Position numbers and translations under genes: made by a program
Shown: in pieces, positions 1 to 10,860 of the stretch
How the letters are laid out: each line of letters starts with the position of its first letter
Position numbering within the stretch: position 1 is the first letter of the stretch
The notes under the pieces: model-generated
What the model was told of the DNA's origin: nothing
Seen by the model: the letters and a program-made list of their open reading frames with translations, nothing else
Database searches by the model: none
From: Eukaryota sp. TZLM1-RC
Lineage: Eukaryota > Protista > Metamonada: BaSk clade
NCBI GenBank assembly: GCA_040285825.1
Contig: JAUPSS010000003.1
Coordinates: 3,410,001 to 3,474,000 of the forward strand
Reading direction: 5' to 3'
Length of the DNA stretch: 64,000 nucleotides

Positions 1-766
1 TTATTGAGAGCTTAACGTCTGAGTCATCTTTTATCCAAAATATTCAATCTAAATTTTGAAGGTTGAAAATTCAGGAAAAGACAGCATGTTCTCAAGCTTG
101 CAAGCTTAACAGAACCACAACTCCAAATCCTTTTGAAGTTGGTTAATTGGTATCAAGAGCTTCTAGTTTAACCGCTAAGCTTCATGAAGACTATTTAGGA
201 CCATTTTTAATTACCCAAATTGTATCTAATTCGTCCGTGAATATTGAAGACCTCTACAATGAACGATTGTCCAAATTAGCGTCAAACAACTTACTTCTTG
301 GCACTCAAGCCTACCTGTCAATGATGAGTTCCACTCACTGATTGCTGCAGGTGATGTCGAAGAACACATCGTTGAAAAGGTGCTTAGCCAGGACGGTGAC
401 TTTTGCCAGGTCCAAAAGCCAGAAAAAGAGATCACCACTGATCAATTGTTTACAGTCAAAAATATTGCAGCGTACCAAAACTTTATTAAGACTTCCAAAA
501 CACGTCGCCGTACTAAATTTGCTGCTCCCAAGAAGCGCTCCAAGTCTAGTACTTTTTCCACCTGTGACTAGAGCCTTTAGGGCTCGTCGCTTGAAAGAGA
601 AGAAAGGGCAGTGTTAGTCTTGAATAGTAGTAAATGGCTTTGTATTTATAGTTTATTAGATATATTCCGCCTATTAGTGTAAGAAGAGTGAATACAATTC
701 CTTTTCGTAATTAATCTCATTACATTTATAAAGTTATGTCAAACACTAACGAGCAAAGAAACTTCA
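1..766 (+). mobile_element. 3' end of a degenerate Ty3/gypsy LTR retrotransposon (integrase C-terminus, chromodomain-like region, PPT, 3' LTR from 612; LTR right end approximate)
   Basis: Broken frames (KLHEDYLGPFLI; SQDGDFCQVQ...TVKNIAAYQNF) match the integrase tails at 36926-38386 and 43449-44438. A purine tract GAAAGAGAAGAAAGGGCAG is followed by TGTTAGTC, as in the other elements. Confidence 0.85.
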
Positions 767-799
767 ATAATTCAGTATCATGTGTTCCTAACATTTGAA

Positions 800-1090
800 G
801 GTGTCATAAAAAGTGATCAATTAGTGTGGTAACCTTCAATCAATTTGATCCATATTAATTCTTTAACCCCTGCCTTGAAGGCTATTACTGACATTCATTA
901 AACCATTTGTCCATTTGCATTTTCCTTGCTACTTGTATCAATTTCTTTGTCATATTAAATGATTTTGTAGTAATTGTAACACAATCTCCAGGAAGAATTT
1001 TCATAAGGTTTATTGGCAATATAATGACTGCTCTTTTGATTTTCAATTCTTAAGGTGTTGTCCCTTTGTTATCTTCTGCTTTGTTATCTG
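800..1090 (+). pseudogene. Degenerate RLE non-LTR retrotransposon 3' remnant (family D-like)
   Basis: Remnant peptides ICPFAFSL, GRIF and GVVPLLSSALLS match the C-terminus of the copy at 59640-60240. Confidence 0.6.
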
Positions 1091-1660
1091 AAGGTCGGTT
1101 CTGTGAGATCTAAACTGCCAAGTGGATTCTTGTGGGCTGATTTGGGATATTTGAATACAGAATTAATGAAGTTTAAGTTGCATTAGGTATTTTATTGAAA
1201 AATCATTTCTACAAAAACGTGGATATGTAAGTTCCGCAAATCAATGTTTAGTCGTCGAGTTTTTGATCTTGAAAGGCACAAAATGACGTTTTACAAGTTG
1301 GAAACAAGTTTGAAAACCAATCATCAGATCTAGTTCACTCAATCAAATGTTGACTGCACATAACAATGTTTGTGATTGGCTTCAGGCTTTTCCAATAAAT
1401 AATGTGATAATAAATTAAATAAATAGAAAGTTATCTTCAAGAAAAAACTATTGTGTCAAGTGGATGTTTCAATCAGATTTGATTGCTTAATCACGTATCA
1501 AGGTTGGTTAACATAGTCCTTTCACTATCAATAATGGACAGAATGACGACGAACTAACACCTAAATAAACATTAATAGTAAAAAAAATAAAGAAGTGCCA
1601 CGTGTCAACATCACAATAACAGAGAAAAATGTTTTTTATGGTTTTTTTTATTTCGAATAA

Positions 1661-2335
1661 TTAAACCTCCAGTGGTTTCAGTCCCAAAGATAATCGAAGT
1701 GCATTCTCTTTTTCTATTTCAGTTCCTTCTGCTTGGAGGGTGGTTTCCATTGTACTAGTTTCAATAACCACAGTAGACTCGACTTCTTTTTGCACGTCTT
1801 CCTGCGACATAACCTCCAACAGAGGTGTCCTCCTTGGTGGTAATCCTAGGTTGGAGCGTGAAGGAAGGTAAGGGAGCGAAACGTCAAATAATCTATTCGA
1901 TGTTAATAGTGCATGGGACAGCTCATCAATGTGCATGATATCCCAGCCGTAGGAGAAACGGACACGGAGCTTACGGAAATCAGAGTAGAATTGGTCTAAC
2001 AAAGGATAAACATACTGAGGTTTAAAGGCTGACCTAATGTACATCATTCCAAGCGCTGTAATGTATTTAAACTTATTCTGTTGTATTAAGGGAAGAACTA
2101 TATCAGACGAAGGTGCTAGTTGTAGCAGTTTATACAGTAGACACAAGAAAGGAGTGGGTTTGAGGTAGATGGAATAAGATCCTCCAATATAGTCCAAAGT
2201 AGTAGCTTTTTGAACTACACCAGCTTCGTTGAGACCATAACAATGCTCTTTCCAATATGAGTGCTGTAAGATGCGCTGAGAGACAATGGGATCGACAGCA
2301 GAAGTTGGATTTCTGTGTCTAAGGACTGTGGTCAT
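1661..2335 (-). CDS. PRPF38A: Pre-mRNA splicing factor Prp38 with C-terminal HIND-like motif
   Basis: YWKEHCYGLN, YIGGSY..KPTPFLCLLYKLLQLAP, FKYITALGMMYIR and YSDFRKLR are Prp38 signature blocks. Confidence 0.95.
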   Translation of the reverse strand: MTTVLRHRNPTSAVDPIVSQRILQHSYWKEHCYGLNEAGVVQKATTLDYIGGSYSIYLKPTPFLCLLYKLLQLAPSSDIVLPLIQQNKFKYITALGMMYIRSAFKPQYVYPLLDQFYSDFRKLRVRFSYGWDIMHIDELSHALLTSNRLFDVSLPYLPSRSNLGLPPRRTPLLEVMSQEDVQKEVESTVVIETSTMETTLQAEGTEIEKENALRLSLGLKPLEV

Positions 2336-2337
2336 TA

Positions 2338-2506
2338 CTGTCTGTGATTTTCATTTTTTGCATACTTTCTTCAAGCATCATTCAAACTTATTCCAAGAAC
2401 TTTCATCCTTGGTGAGATCATCCACAGATGTTCTAGAATCCTCGAATAATTGGCCACCAATCTCAGTGAGCCCATTTCTCCTCTAGAACAATACGTAGCT
2501 TTAAAG
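2338..2506 (-). ncRNA. Candidate omega-RNA / right end of Fanzor family B copy 1
   Basis: Lies directly downstream of the Fanzor stop. Contains the long-range stem TGTTCTAGAG/TTCTAGAACA and the hairpin CCAAGGAT-GAAA-GTTCTTGG. Ends ...CACAGACAG|TA, similar to the family A ends (...CACAG|TA). Confidence 0.5.
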
Positions 2507-4330
2507 CTAGTTTCTTTCTGGTCTCTGGAACGCTTCTGGTCTTGTTCCATAGTAGTGCTCACTAATTGCAATTTCTAGCTGATTTAGTGATGCAGAAATG
2601 TCTCTAGACCAAACTTGATTACATTCCGGACAACTGAAATAGGTGTTGTGAATTTCAACTTCACCATTAACTTCTCGATAGATCTTTTGGTGTAGCATCT
2701 TGCAGCAGTTCACCTTTGCAGATGTCATATATTCATCTCCGATCTTCACATTAGCAAATGAACAATGTAACAACTTGAGAAACGCCTTGCGTGGTGTTTT
2801 CACTTTTTGACGTGATGTACCACCACCTCCATTGCCAAACCACACCTTTACTTCTCGACTGTCTGCAAATTTTTTTCACACGTTGATAATTGAGCAGAAT
2901 CTTTTCTGTTTTCTTATAAAGAAGTCAAATGTGTTTCTCCTCAATGCTTTTCGAGCACTCAGATATAATTGCTGCTTTAGCAATGATCGTCTTACGTTAT
3001 TACCTTCATAGTCCTTATAGTCACCCATAGTTGATATTTCAAGCAGATAATGGTTCAATTTCTGCACGTCATAAACCTCTATTGATGAGTGGGTCAGTGA
3101 AGTGGAGTGATTGATTTTCGTTGCTTTGGTGCCAAGAAGATATTGGATACGGTCGGTTCTGAACGTGTTCCAATGCTGGAACCACATAGATTTGAGTGGT
3201 TGATGGCCCAGAACACCATTTCCGTTTGGTCATCAGGTGCCTGCCACTCAGTAGCTTTTGGTTTCTGGCGAGGTCGAGGCCGTTCAACCTTGGCTTGAAA
3301 GGTATGTTTTCTGTTCCGAGTGGGTTCATAGTAATCAAGTTCCCCTCTGCATCTCTTATCAGCCAAGGCTTCTCCAGACAATCACACTCGTGTTGCTTTT
3401 GGGTGGGGTTTGAAAGTTATACGGACATTATCACCATTAGAAGACATGGTGTAGTCTTTAGCTTTTGTTCTAAAAAAATAAATAAGGGTTTTTCAAAATG
3501 TTCGTGATATGTTTTTAAAGACAAAATGGTTGAGAACCCCTGTGGAAAAGGGAACAAAAGCACGCTTCAAACTAGCAATAGGGGTGAGTCTCTGTCGTCT
3601 GAAGGTTTGTGGAAAGGCTTGCTCCAGGCGGTTTTGGATTATTAATCCGCAACGAAAGTTGTAGGTACTGTTCCCTTGATCAAGCATCCCTCTTCGGGAA
3701 GAAAGAAGAGTGTTGTACCTTTGAGGATCACCAACCAAGAAGTTAAACAGAGTGACAGCCATTGTATGGTGTGTGTTGAACCAAGAAAGAAAAGATTGCC
3801 GAAAGTTCCATGTTGTTGTGAAGTACAGAGCAGCATAAGTGGCTGGTGCAGCGCAGTTATGTCCCATTGCATACGAGCGGAAGAAGTTAAGCTTCCAAGA
3901 CACAAGACCATCAGCAAGAAGCTGCTGGTAGTTGACTTGCAACTGGCGGCACTTTGCCTCCACTAGTTGTTGTAGAGGCCTACTAGTGGGTAGTGTATGT
4001 TTACGACCTGTTCTTGACATGAACAAGAAGCAAACGGCCATGTAGAGATTCACTCGAACCTCTCATACACATGGCCTTTGCCAGGTCTGTTGAATGTATG
4101 TCTGACTTTATCCTTAAAAACCACCACAAAGTCAAGACACTGAATCCAGAATTGATACTGAGTCAGAAAATGACTGTCTTCAGGGAAACGCACAGCAAAA
4201 ACTCTGGCCAGCAAGCTGCCCAGGTGAGCCATGGTGGTCACCGTGGTAAGCTGTCAATCAATACAATCACACATTGGCCGCTCAAAGAACTGATGCAGAG
4301 AGCAGACACGTGTCCATGACTACATAGACC
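2507..4330 (-). pseudogene. Fanzor family B, full-length but frameshifted, with RuvC-I inactivated
   Basis: C-terminus WFGNGG...DEYMTS..NCC...CPEC..WSRDISASLN...RPEAFQR gives RuvC-II, Zn finger and RuvC-III. N-terminus TRVCSL...VTTMAHLGSLL aligns with family A TRSCAL...VTEICHEASLL. RuvC-I reads FWAIN--HSNLCG versus IGVDLGQSRLCG in family A. Confidence 0.88.
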
Positions 4331-4729
4331 TTACTGAAAACGGAAGGTGCACAGACAATCAGAAATGATTGATTTCTCAGTTGCAGTTATTTTTAAGATT
4401 TGGTTTAGTTTCAACTTCTTACATCCACAAAACAATAAAACCTGCACAAACTGATAAATAGGCGCATTCATAATAGATAATGGACCTGCTTTAAGCATTT
4501 TCTTTCCTAAAAAAAGTAAACTGTTGTGAAATTTGATGAAATTGTTGTTAGTTTAATCAAGGGTGTATGTAGATTCAATAAATTCCTAAAGTTTCTCAAT
4601 TTAATTTTTTTGTTCAGTACAACCATGTTACTAAGGGAAGTCACAACACTTGTTTCTTCCTTCTCATTTCTTTTTCTTTTTTGACGCAGAATCTTTTTCT
4701 CCTCGTTCAACTATATCTGAGTTGGCCAG

Positions 4730-5025
4730 TGATCTTGGTGGAACTGTTGGCTTTTTTATTATAGAGAATATAGGTTTCGTTCAGTGCGCTCACACATTGA
4801 CTATAAAACATTGGATGACCATAAAATAGAAGATAACTAACAAAAGACAGTCTGTAGAGGCACTACTGGCTATTCTTGAGTCTGAACTCGAGTCTATTGC
4901 AGATCGTCCATCCCAACCTGCGCCAACAATTTTTGCTGTGCCACTTCCTCCAGCTGCAGTCCCTGCTTATCCTCCCTATGGCGCTGCCCCACCTGCACTT
5001 TCACTTCCTCTTCCTGAGTTTTAAA
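4730..5025 (+). pseudogene. Pro-rich coding remnant, possibly retroelement gag
   Basis: Interrupted frame RQSVEALLAILESELESIADRPSQPAPTIFAVPLPP... is compositionally similar to the gag regions in this window. Confidence 0.3.
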
Positions 5026-5299
5026 TGAATCGCATCAACTGAAGTTGTGACTTGGGATTATCGGAAGTTGATAAAATGAATCAAGATCTTATCTCTAAGT
5101 TTTTTTTGACTTTGACAATAAAATGGCACCAATTCTTTTCATTGATTTAGAAAAAACATACTTTGTCGACACTTTTGAAGGAAAGCTGGGGTCATAGGTC
5201 CTTATATGTGGAAACCTCGCATTGATGTCCAAGAAAATGTTGAGTGCTCTTTAATTTTACTAAATGTAGAGGATAAATTTTTGTGAAAACACAGGGCAA

Positions 5300-5979
5300 G
5301 TCGCTTTTCATGTAAAATCGCATGAATTGAGTCACTTGGCAACTCAATTTCAAACATTAACATTAAGTAGATTCTGTGTTTCGAACCAGAAAAATCTACC
5401 TCAGTATAACCTCATGGCTAATAGGGCTAATCATAAGTGAACTCTTGAGATGCAATTAAAATGATCGATTTGGTACGAAACTTAAAAACCAATTTACCTA
5501 TTCTAGGAAGCATTGGCTAAAGTTGATGAAGAGAAAGAGTTACTCAAGAAAAAACTCAGGTCTGAATGGGAGTACGAATTAATGATAAAGGAGGAAGTTC
5601 AATTTGTGGTTTCTCGGCCAATTTGTGAAACAGTAAGTCATTTTGAACATTGGCAGAACGAAGAATGGAAGAAGAAAGATCAAATGGAAAAAGAAGAAAG
5701 AATTTGCAGTTGACAGAAGATCAGACTGTTGAAGAATTAAGCAAAACATTGGCTCAGGTAAAGGTCCAAAATGATTGCATTCTTGAAGAGTCTGATAGTG
5801 ATGATCTGTCATTTGTTGAGGATGATTTTTCTGGGATGTCAGATGTTGAACTTGACAACTTTGATGGCTTGGGTGAATTCAATCAGGAAATCCTGAATGA
5901 TGATGCTGATACTTCCGATATTGATTTGGCTGATTTTTCAGAAGGGGAAATTGACGAGTTGGTAGAGGTTCCTGTGTAA
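5300..5979 (+). pseudogene. Possible degenerate DNA transposase (hAT-like) C-terminus with acidic tail
   Basis: Broken frames (HELSHLATQFQTL, SQYNLMANRANHK) followed by a D/E-rich tail. Weak resemblance only. Confidence 0.25.
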
Positions 5980-6188
5980 TATAGAAAGAAATTTAAAGAA
6001 TTGCTACTTAGAAGTAAAGAAAAACGGTAGTAATTTCAGCGTTTTCATTGTATTAAAGTTATTGTAAAATTAGACTTTTATTAGTGTTTGAAACATTTTA
6101 TTTAAAACAAATTGTTATTATTTGATCGAGATAACAAAAAGTTGACAAAAACCACGAAAGAATTCAAACTAGCAAATCCTTTAACATA

Positions 6189-6418
6189 TGAAATTCCACA
6201 TTCTCACTGTAAAATTCACTCCTGCTTTCAACTTTCTCAATGTCTAATCACAGGCTGTAAGAGACATGTAGCGTCATTTGACAAAACCAATCATGATCTT
6301 CATTAATGGGCACCTCACTTAAATACACCTACTGCTTCCACAGAACAAAGCCTCACAATTTGATGTATCTAAATGGATCTACCAAATGCTACTAAGGATT
6401 TTTTAGATCGGTCTCAAA
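6189..6418 (-). ncRNA. Putative omega-RNA scaffold, Fanzor A copy 1
   Basis: Homologous to 25517-25757 and 30645-30885. The terminal hairpin is kept, with a shorter loop. Confidence 0.7.
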
Positions 6419-6461
6419 TGTTTTTCGAAAATTTTAGTTTCTGTTTGCTCAGATTCTTCAT

Positions 6462-8438
6462 TCATTTCCTCAACACAGTTTCTGGGCAAATGTATCTTTC
6501 CGGCCACAATTCCGCTTTTTTCTTAATTTGAATGTTTTTTGCAGCGGAAATATCTCTGTCATATACTATTTGAAAATCAGTACAAATACGCATTTCCCAT
6601 GAGCCTGCTTGAATATTCTCGGTCATGCAACAACTGGATACTTTGCTTGTATTAAATTCACTGGTTGACAAGTGCGTCACGTCCTTTTTATAACACAACC
6701 ATTTTCTGAAAATCCTTGCTGATCCATCACGATTAATTTTTCGTCAATGAGAAGGGAAATTAGCAGAACCCACAGCGAGGTAGAGTGTTTCAGGATGTCC
6801 AGCCAGTCTTTGAAATTTGTTGAGACTCTCTCGGAACCGTCTCTCTTTTCGTCTGCGGTTATCAAATTTAATTATTTTCCTTTTCTGGCAATTACTTTCC
6901 AAATACAGTTTCCTCCTGATCAAAATCCAATGGTTCAAATATTGGTTGAAATTTTGAACGGAATATTGGTTGGGAGAGTGTTCACTGGGTGAAAGTTTTG
7001 TCATGTATCTCCTGTTAGTTGGACAAGGGATAACTCCACATTGATTATCATTTAAGAAGAAACCACATAATCTTGATTGGCCCAGATCAACACCAATAAG
7101 GGGGCTTTCTGGTAAAATTTCGACTGGATGTCTACGCCTTTGACGGAACATTTTTTTGGTACCATTCAACTGTGTTTCTCTTGTTTTGTGGGCATCAGAG
7201 TCACTTTTCATTTCTTTTTTCAATCTTCGTTTCTTTTTCGGTGGTTCATTCAGCTCATTTGTGTTTTCTGAGTCATTATTTTCAACTCCAAATGTCAAAA
7301 GTAGTTCAATACCATTAGTTTTCAATAAAAAATTTTCAATTTATTTTTCAAACTTTTTCTGTTGATATTGAATTTTTGGTAAAAAACCCATTGTTTGAAT
7401 ATTCGTTTCAGACATGGATTTTTGATGAATTTTGTTTTGGAAGATGATCCTTCAATAAGTGGGAATTTTTTCACAGAGTGGAAAATTTGTGAAGGTACCT
7501 CATGAAATTTAGAAATTTTATGAGAAGCTAAAGGTATTATTCTAAATTTCTTCCAGCAATGCATATGAGAAAACAAAGTGAATAAGTATTGTAAAATTTT
7601 AAGATTAAAGAGAAAAAGTTCACGATTTTCCTTTGATAAAAAGGTGATTTTATCATGTGAAGACAGTAGAGAAGCAATGGTAGGAAGTTTTTGAAGGAGA
7701 TTCAAGATAAACTTACATGCATTTAACAAAAAGAATCTTTCTTTTGAATTATTAAGATGGAAATTGATGTATGGTTCGAGAATAGAATGAATAGCTACTT
7801 CTTCGGATTGCTCATTTTCTGTTATTGCATTAGCTTCTAGAGGTCCTAAGAATTCATCTGGTATAATAGAGAGAAGATAATTGGCACAGACATTCGTTTT
7901 ATCCAGAGCCCTACAATGAGCACGAATGAAGTTTGTTGTCCAGGATTGACAAATTTTAGGTCAACTCGTCTTAACATTATATGCCAATTGATGAGCTCGA
8001 CAAGCAAGGTAAAGGGAAGTCCTTTTGTATTAATAAAATTACATCTCTGTGACTGCAGCCAATCATTGAGGAAAATATCGAATAAATTTCTACAGGCAAC
8101 TAGAGAATTTTCCCATGTAGAAACAAGAGATCTGTGTTGTGGGCATTGATGAAGAAATCCACTGTAAAATATATGTAATAATTGGCGTTGCCCTCTGGAG
8201 CTGGATGGCTTTGGAAAACAACCAGTGGTGATGACGGTCTTAAAAAGATCTTGTTCTTCTAGATGCCAAGAGAAAATTCAGAAAAAATGATTGAAGCAAT
8301 AAAGAAGCTTCTTGACAAATCTCGGTGATCAAAGGAAGATCAGCCCGAATTTGTTGCACTGCTGCAGGTGTCAGCAGCAAGTTAAATGCACAAGACCGAG
8401 TGAATACACGTGACACAGGGGGAGGGGGTGTCTGACAT
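6462..8438 (-). pseudogene. Fanzor family A copy 1 (frameshifted)
   Basis: Collinear with the intact ORF 25790-27745 (PLIGVDLGQSRLCG, SEFNTSKVSSCC, YDRDISAAKNI) but split by frameshifts and deletions near 6745, 7380 and 8240. Confidence 0.93.
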
Positions 8439-8691
8439 GTAGTGAGAATAAACAGCTCATCTTTCAAATTTTACACTTGTCACCCCATTTTTGACTTATG
8501 GTTGCCTGTTCTGGGAGGTTCTTAACCCTCAACTTGGTTTTGGGAGGCTTTCACTATTCCCACACTTTTTCCTTCATAAACTAGGTTTTTATTTCCCTCA
8601 CTTACCTTCTTCTCCGAGCTTTAGGACTCCCCCTGTACTCTTTTTACGTGTTTTTCTACTCATCTTGGATTCAATTTAACTTATACCTATT

Positions 8692-8850
8692 CAAACTGAA
8701 GTTACAAAGTAGAAAGTATCAGATCTTACTGCTCCTCCTCGTGAAGGAGCCTGTATTCATGGTCTTTCATTAGAAAAGGCAAGATGCGTTGTTCAACCTG
8801 GTTGTCTCGCTGAATCAGAACCCCAGGTACTTTTGGATGAAGTTCCAGTG
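8692..8850 (+). pseudogene. Dynein heavy chain C-terminal fragment
   Basis: QTEVTK*KVSDLTAPPREGACIHGLSLEKAR...GCLAESEPQVLLDEVPV matches the axonemal DHC motif PPREGAYIHGLFLEGARW. Contains an in-frame stop and is isolated. Confidence 0.75.
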
Positions 8851-9027
8851 TTTTTTTAAAAGGACTGTAGTTATTAATAATCATTTTCTCCTGACCATTG
8901 TATACACAATAGTTGATTAGGTTGGATTATTGATCTTTCCAGACTTCATTGATTTGTATTTGATCTGCTTTTTTGGATGAAGATACGACGTATTTGAGTT
9001 TTGAGCTTAATGAACCATTTGAATCAT

Positions 9028-9217
9028 TGTTGCCTGTGGGCTAGAGTCAGACATATATGTGAACAGATAGTAATTTTATTACGACGAGAAATGAGCTATA
9101 GTGAATTTCAATACCATCACTAGTGAGGTCTCCATGAATAAACAATGAACATTAAGCTAATAAACAAGAATAAATAGATAAGTCTATCTACACTCTAGAA
9201 TAGTGTAAAGACTAACA
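9028..9217 (-). mobile_element. Solo LTR (190 bp) of the 33527-38576 family, with 4-bp TSD TCAT
   Basis: Near-identical reverse complement of the 190-bp LTRs. TCAT at 9024-9027 and 9218-9221. Confidence 0.97.
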
Positions 9218-9329
9218 TCATCACCTAATGTTCTGGAAAAAAAGGATTTTCTGCCAGTAATGAAGGTTTTGCAACAAAAAGGGGATTGTGTTTAAAGTTG
9301 CTCTGTAATATTAATATAAAATGCGTTTT

Positions 9330-9800
9330 ATTAACCAAAACACAATCAAAAACTGTGAAACACTGAGCATGCAACACTTTTAAGCCACCACACACGGTGT
9401 TTCCATTATTCTATTCCATTTGACAATGAAATCATCAATGAAATGCAGATCGATCTTAGCAACTATTCTTTGGAAAAGTTTCAACCAAAAAATTTGTATT
9501 TGACAATAACAATTCAAGACTCTGGTATTTCGAACTTTTTATTGTGTCTCTACTATCTAAATATTGTTCCATCGGTGATGTTGACTCACAAATCAGGACT
9601 GTCTTCCTTCTTTTGTCATCTGTCTGTTTAGAGATAAGAATTAGATCAGGCATTAACTCAGTCACAAGCAAAGAAAAATTAACATAATGATATCTGTGAT
9701 AAGGTAATCTTAATGTGTTTGTAAGATCATGTGAAATTTCAATTAATTTTTCATTTAAATAAATAGTACTCAGTTGGTAACTGATCCTACTTTTTTGCAC
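9330..9800 (-). pseudogene. RLE endonuclease remnant of a separate (HERO/NeSL/R4-like) non-LTR family
   Basis: MPDLILISK...TVLICESTSPMEQYL...IKSSKYQSL fits the PD..E.T.P.E...K..KY RLE pattern. Confidence 0.65.
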
Positions 9801-9859
9801 AATATTGTTAGAACGTCTGAAATTTCCATAAGCTTTGCCAACTGAAAAATTACCTTGAA

Positions 9860-10759
9860 ATGCAGAATTTCGTTAACAATCGCACCATATTTCTCTCTCA
9901 AAGAGGGTCAAATCTCAACATTACGCCACTTTGTTGCTGTAATCAGTGCCCACTCTCCGATCACGACTCGAGTAACACCGACTCTGGCCATAATGCAATG
10001 ACGTCTTCCTCTGAGTCATTCTGCTCAAATTCTGTTGATAGCGACATAACACCTTACTGTAACATAAACACTCCTGCATCTTCCGCTATTCCGACCTTCA
10101 CACAGACCCACATTACCAGCGAGGATCCTCTAGAATCCCTGGAAAGAGTAACTAATGATAGGACACAACTCCAGTTACAGGTAGCCCACCTTGAATCTGA
10201 GCTTCAAAGTCTCACTAACCAGCTCAACAGTACAAAAACTTTACTTGAAAGAAAAGAGCAACAATTTGAACGCGAGCGTTGTCTTCTTCAACGGAGAATC
10301 CTTTCTCTTCAACAAAAACCATTGGAAGAACCTGCAAATTCTTTCTCGTGGAGTTTTTCTCCCCGAATAGAGTCACCAAAGCTTTTAAGTACCCGTAGTT
10401 ATTCTAAGGAGGAGTTGGAAATAGCTTCGCTACGTCAACAGTTGGTTGTTCTTGAAAACTTTTCTATGAATATCTCAGAAGAAACTACCATCTTGAGCCA
10501 GCGTTATGAGGAATCTCTACACGATTTACAAACCAAATTTGATCGGGAAGTTGTTTTTTTAAGGACTCACTTAACCGAATCTGATATTTCAAAAAGGAAA
10601 TTCAGTTTTCAAAAAGCCAAAATGGAACAGCAATTGAATAATGAAAGACAATTATTTGCTAATACATTACTTTTAGAGAAGGAAAAACATTTGTTGGAAA
10701 AAAATAATTTAATTCACAATTACCAAAGCCAATTGAAGAAATTAAGAGAAAGTTTGTAA
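9860..10759 (+). CDS. Hypothetical coiled-coil protein
   Basis: 299-aa open frame with an S/T-rich N-terminus and heptad-like Q/E/L-rich segments. Confidence 0.7.
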   Translation: MQNFVNNRTIFLSQRGSNLNITPLCCCNQCPLSDHDSSNTDSGHNAMTSSSESFCSNSVDSDITPYCNINTPASSAIPTFTQTHITSEDPLESLERVTNDRTQLQLQVAHLESELQSLTNQLNSTKTLLERKEQQFERERCLLQRRILSLQQKPLEEPANSFSWSFSPRIESPKLLSTRSYSKEELEIASLRQQLVVLENFSMNISEETTILSQRYEESLHDLQTKFDREVVFLRTHLTESDISKRKFSFQKAKMEQQLNNERQLFANTLLLEKEKHLLEKNNLIHNYQSQLKKLRESL

Positions 10760-10860
10760 CTAATTGTAAATTCAGATGTTTCAGTTGTAATAAATTCAAA
10801 CAATAAAACACATAGATAAGACTAACATTAAACAATAACAAAACTAAAAGAACAATAGAG

